From NCBI GenBank assembly GCA_030704615.1, contig CM060731.1, positions 93,062,001-93,126,000 of the forward strand: 64,000 nucleotides of DNA, written 5' to 3'. The DNA is from Takakia lepidozioides (Eukaryota; Plantae; Bryophyta). The notes under the pieces were generated by a model. It saw nothing but the letters and a program-made list of their open reading frames with translations. It did no database searches and had not been told where the DNA came from. Below are positions 61,148 to 64,000 of the stretch, in pieces (position 1 is the stretch's first letter; the number at the start of each line of letters is the position of its first letter). The position numbers and the translations under genes were made by a program.

Positions 61148-63775
61148 GGCCACTGGTCACCTTCAAAAACCTTATCAGTGCTGAGGCTTACAAAAAGTGC
61201 GAGACCTCCAAATCCGCCGACACATGGTACAAGCTCACCAGGGAGGCTTTCTGTGACCACATGTACGCTGTAAGTATTCCTTCACTAGCTCTGTCTACTT
61301 GTTCATTCATAAAACCAGTTGACTAATAAGTTGTATACTGGAATTTTCAGCAAGAGATTGCGGAGGCTGGAGAGAAAGGGAAAGCAGAGTACTATGCCAA
61401 AAAAAACCCAGGGGAGCGATCCTCAAAAGGAGTGGAAGAATCTATGAACAAGGAGATGGAGGTGGCGAAGAGGCACTACATGAGCGCGTTCGTGTAACAA
61501 CTCAGAATAGCCGACCCTGCTTTTGGCCCGGAGTTCTTGAATCAGATCAGGATCCACTGGAACGTGAACACCAAGCCTGAAATGATGCAGAAGAAGCTTC
61601 ATCGCCTGTCCACTGCCGTTGTGGAGCCAGAGGTGAAAGTGAAATGGCTTGAGATTTGGAACGCCGACCCCACAGTGAAAGATAACCACTGCTTTCCGAA
61701 GAGTGAGAAGAACAAGGAAACATGAGTCATAAAGCAATTCAGTGATTATGTTCTCGATATGTGGCTGCACAAAGCCACGTACTGGGCACAGGTTTTTTCC
61801 TCTCCCCTTTCTATTTCCACTGCAAATCTGCATTGCACCGGGAAAAGTCACTTACTCTTCTTCAACATCTTTTCTCTGAATTGTAGAACTGTTCTTGCGC
61901 AGATAGAGGCTCGGGCACAGCTGGTTCTGGAGAAACAGCTGAACGATTACAAGATAACTATGACTCCACCGACGGATACTCTAGAAGACTACGTCCGCCA
62001 GTGGAAAGCAGCTTGCTTTGGCACTTGCTTCTTCAGGGAGTTCGCCAAAGATGGAGGCATCTCGCGCACTAACGACTTCGAGCAGCAGCATGGATCAGAA
62101 CAGGCCATGAAGAGGGTTCTATACAAGTTCGTCTTGACACTCTTTTCCCACCCTTCTTTCCTTTCTCACGAAGTTTCGAAATCGTTGCAGCCCTGCTCTT
62201 TTGAATAAACAATCCCAAAACTGTGTGCGCAGACGCACTCAGTAAAGGGGTGGGCACTTCTGTGTCTCCCAAGCTCTCATTGTACATACGAATATCCGAT
62301 CCTGTACTGAGCCACACCTGCCCTGGCTTGTAAGTAGGGCCTGATTGGACAGACCAAAAATTGAGTGCGCTGGCGGTCCTTAAACAATTATCTCACACTT
62401 TCCCCACTCACTAATATTCCCTCTGTTTTGATTGTGTAGGCACATCAAAAACGTTCTCATTCCAGGCCAGAACCTGAGTCAACACCCGCACTTTATTGAC
62501 CTATGGTGTGATCCATCCAACGCTCAAACAATGTACACTGCAGGGATTTAGAAGGATTACGGGACCTCGCATCTTCGAGACTGCTGCTGGTATATGGATA
62601 TCCCACGGTCTGGATGCCCTTGGTCTGAGCTTGTGACCCGAAATCAAAACGACAATGCAGAGGCCTTGGCCCCTCTGACGGACAAGGAGTTGCACGAGAG
62701 AAACTTGAGGATATTGGCTGAGAAAGAGTCTCTTGCACAAAATACGCCAGTCAAGCCTAGAAAGAACAAGGGGAAAGGGAAGATAAAGGGGCAGAAAAAC
62801 ACTCCGAATGAGAATGAGATGGAGTCCGTGGTGCAACCGGGGCCACTGCAGACCCCACCCCCAGCCAGAAAGCTTGACCGAAAGAAAAAAGGGTCTTAAA
62901 GAGTCCTACGATGCAATGGAGCACCCATCTAGAATCATTTTTCCGGGCATGTGCGAGCTGGTAAACGACGGGTTCCTGGCCATGATGGAGACAAGGAAGT
63001 CAAGTTACGGTGGTAATCCTTCCAAAACGTGGGACAAGCTCTGTGCTTTTCTCCAATCGGTAAGCAATTATCATGCATGTGTTTGAGTTTTGTTTTCTTT
63101 GTTTTATTTTTGCTCGGATTAGAAAGGTCGCTTATAAAACATCTTTCCCTTCTTACACGCTATATTGCTTGCAGGCATGGAGGGGAAAGGAATCTTGGGT
63201 GAATGGTGCACTGAAACCGTTTGCTTCGGAGATGGTTATTGTGGACATTCCGGACGGACATCCAGTCCCGGATATTTTGCCCATTGACACCTACCCAACA
63301 TGGAACAAATTTGACGAGAGGTATTGGAGTTGGGTGTTTTCCTTTTGCAAGTTTTTCCTTTCCGATGCAGGGGTTCTTGTTATCATACAATCTGTCATGA
63401 TGAGATGTCGCCGGGAGCTGGCAAGCTACTTGAAAGCGTCGGGGATGTGGATTATCAAGACCTGGAATTGTATCAACAGCCTATATCTGACAAAGGGGGA
63501 TTGCCCAGGGCAGAAGGTACGTTTCAAATACTTTATTTTTATGCCTTCTCTGTTGAAGTTCCACTGTATTGACTGTTATGAAGTCATGTTGTTCGCACTG
63601 CCTGAATTGAGTGCTTCAGCGCACTCAGTTTTGGCGGTGCATGAGCAATGACTCTGAACCCGTTCCATCCGGAATGGGTCTGCACTCCCACCCAGATGTG
63701 CTATGAAATATTTCTCACTAATTATTGACCTCTTCATCGCAGACCCGTCTATTTGAGGCCGTCTGTCTCGTGAGG
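61148..63775 (+). pseudogene. Methyltransferase-like gene, copy C (5'-truncated, multi-exon)
   Basis: TWYKLT, TLEDYV, DCCWYMD, MVIVDIPDG...PTWN...FLSDAG, WNCIN and TRLFEAVCLVR align with copies A and B, with several matching splice positions; several stops. Confidence 0.78.
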
Positions 63776-64000
63776 GTACTCTTGTGTTTGAGAGGAATGA
63801 CTACATCACCATACTGTCTGCCTTTAGGAAGCGCAATGTCTTTTCAAACGTAATCGTGTTCTTCTCAACCCAAGCTTCATCATCAAATCTTGTTTCTTAC
63901 GTGCGGTACGGTGGGGGTTCCATGAAGAATCATCTTCTTCTGGGAGTCTACCTCCTGTCGACTCCCACCACAGTGGTTGAGTTCGAGCTTCATGGGGGAG

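Overview
A 64 kb window of eukaryotic nuclear DNA, most likely from a non-seed land plant (inferred from PLS-type PPR fragments, a tRNA-iMet-primed chromovirus and a spliceosomal DUO3 gene). One intact host gene, a 12-exon DUO3/GON4L-like gene (about 30.4-45.1 kb, +), is surrounded by nested mobile DNA. That DNA includes a full-length chromovirus (4152-11114, AACAT TSD) inside a non-autonomous insertion, which itself sits inside a LINE-like element with a 2A-like motif. There is also a decayed non-chromoviral Ty3/Gypsy element, a tRNA-derived SINE, a LINE fragment, PPR and kinase pseudogene pieces, and satellites. The most unusual content is a family of three partial, diverged, intron-containing copies of a gene whose composite architecture is ParB/Srx-like domain (DGNHR) + helical linker + beta-class amino-methyltransferase fold with a conserved atypical DIPD motif. 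Two copies lie head-to-head around an array of about 20 26-bp palindromes with a near-strict 53-bp (five helical turn) period, and the same palindrome recurs in introns of the gene. All calls were made by eye; no searches were run.
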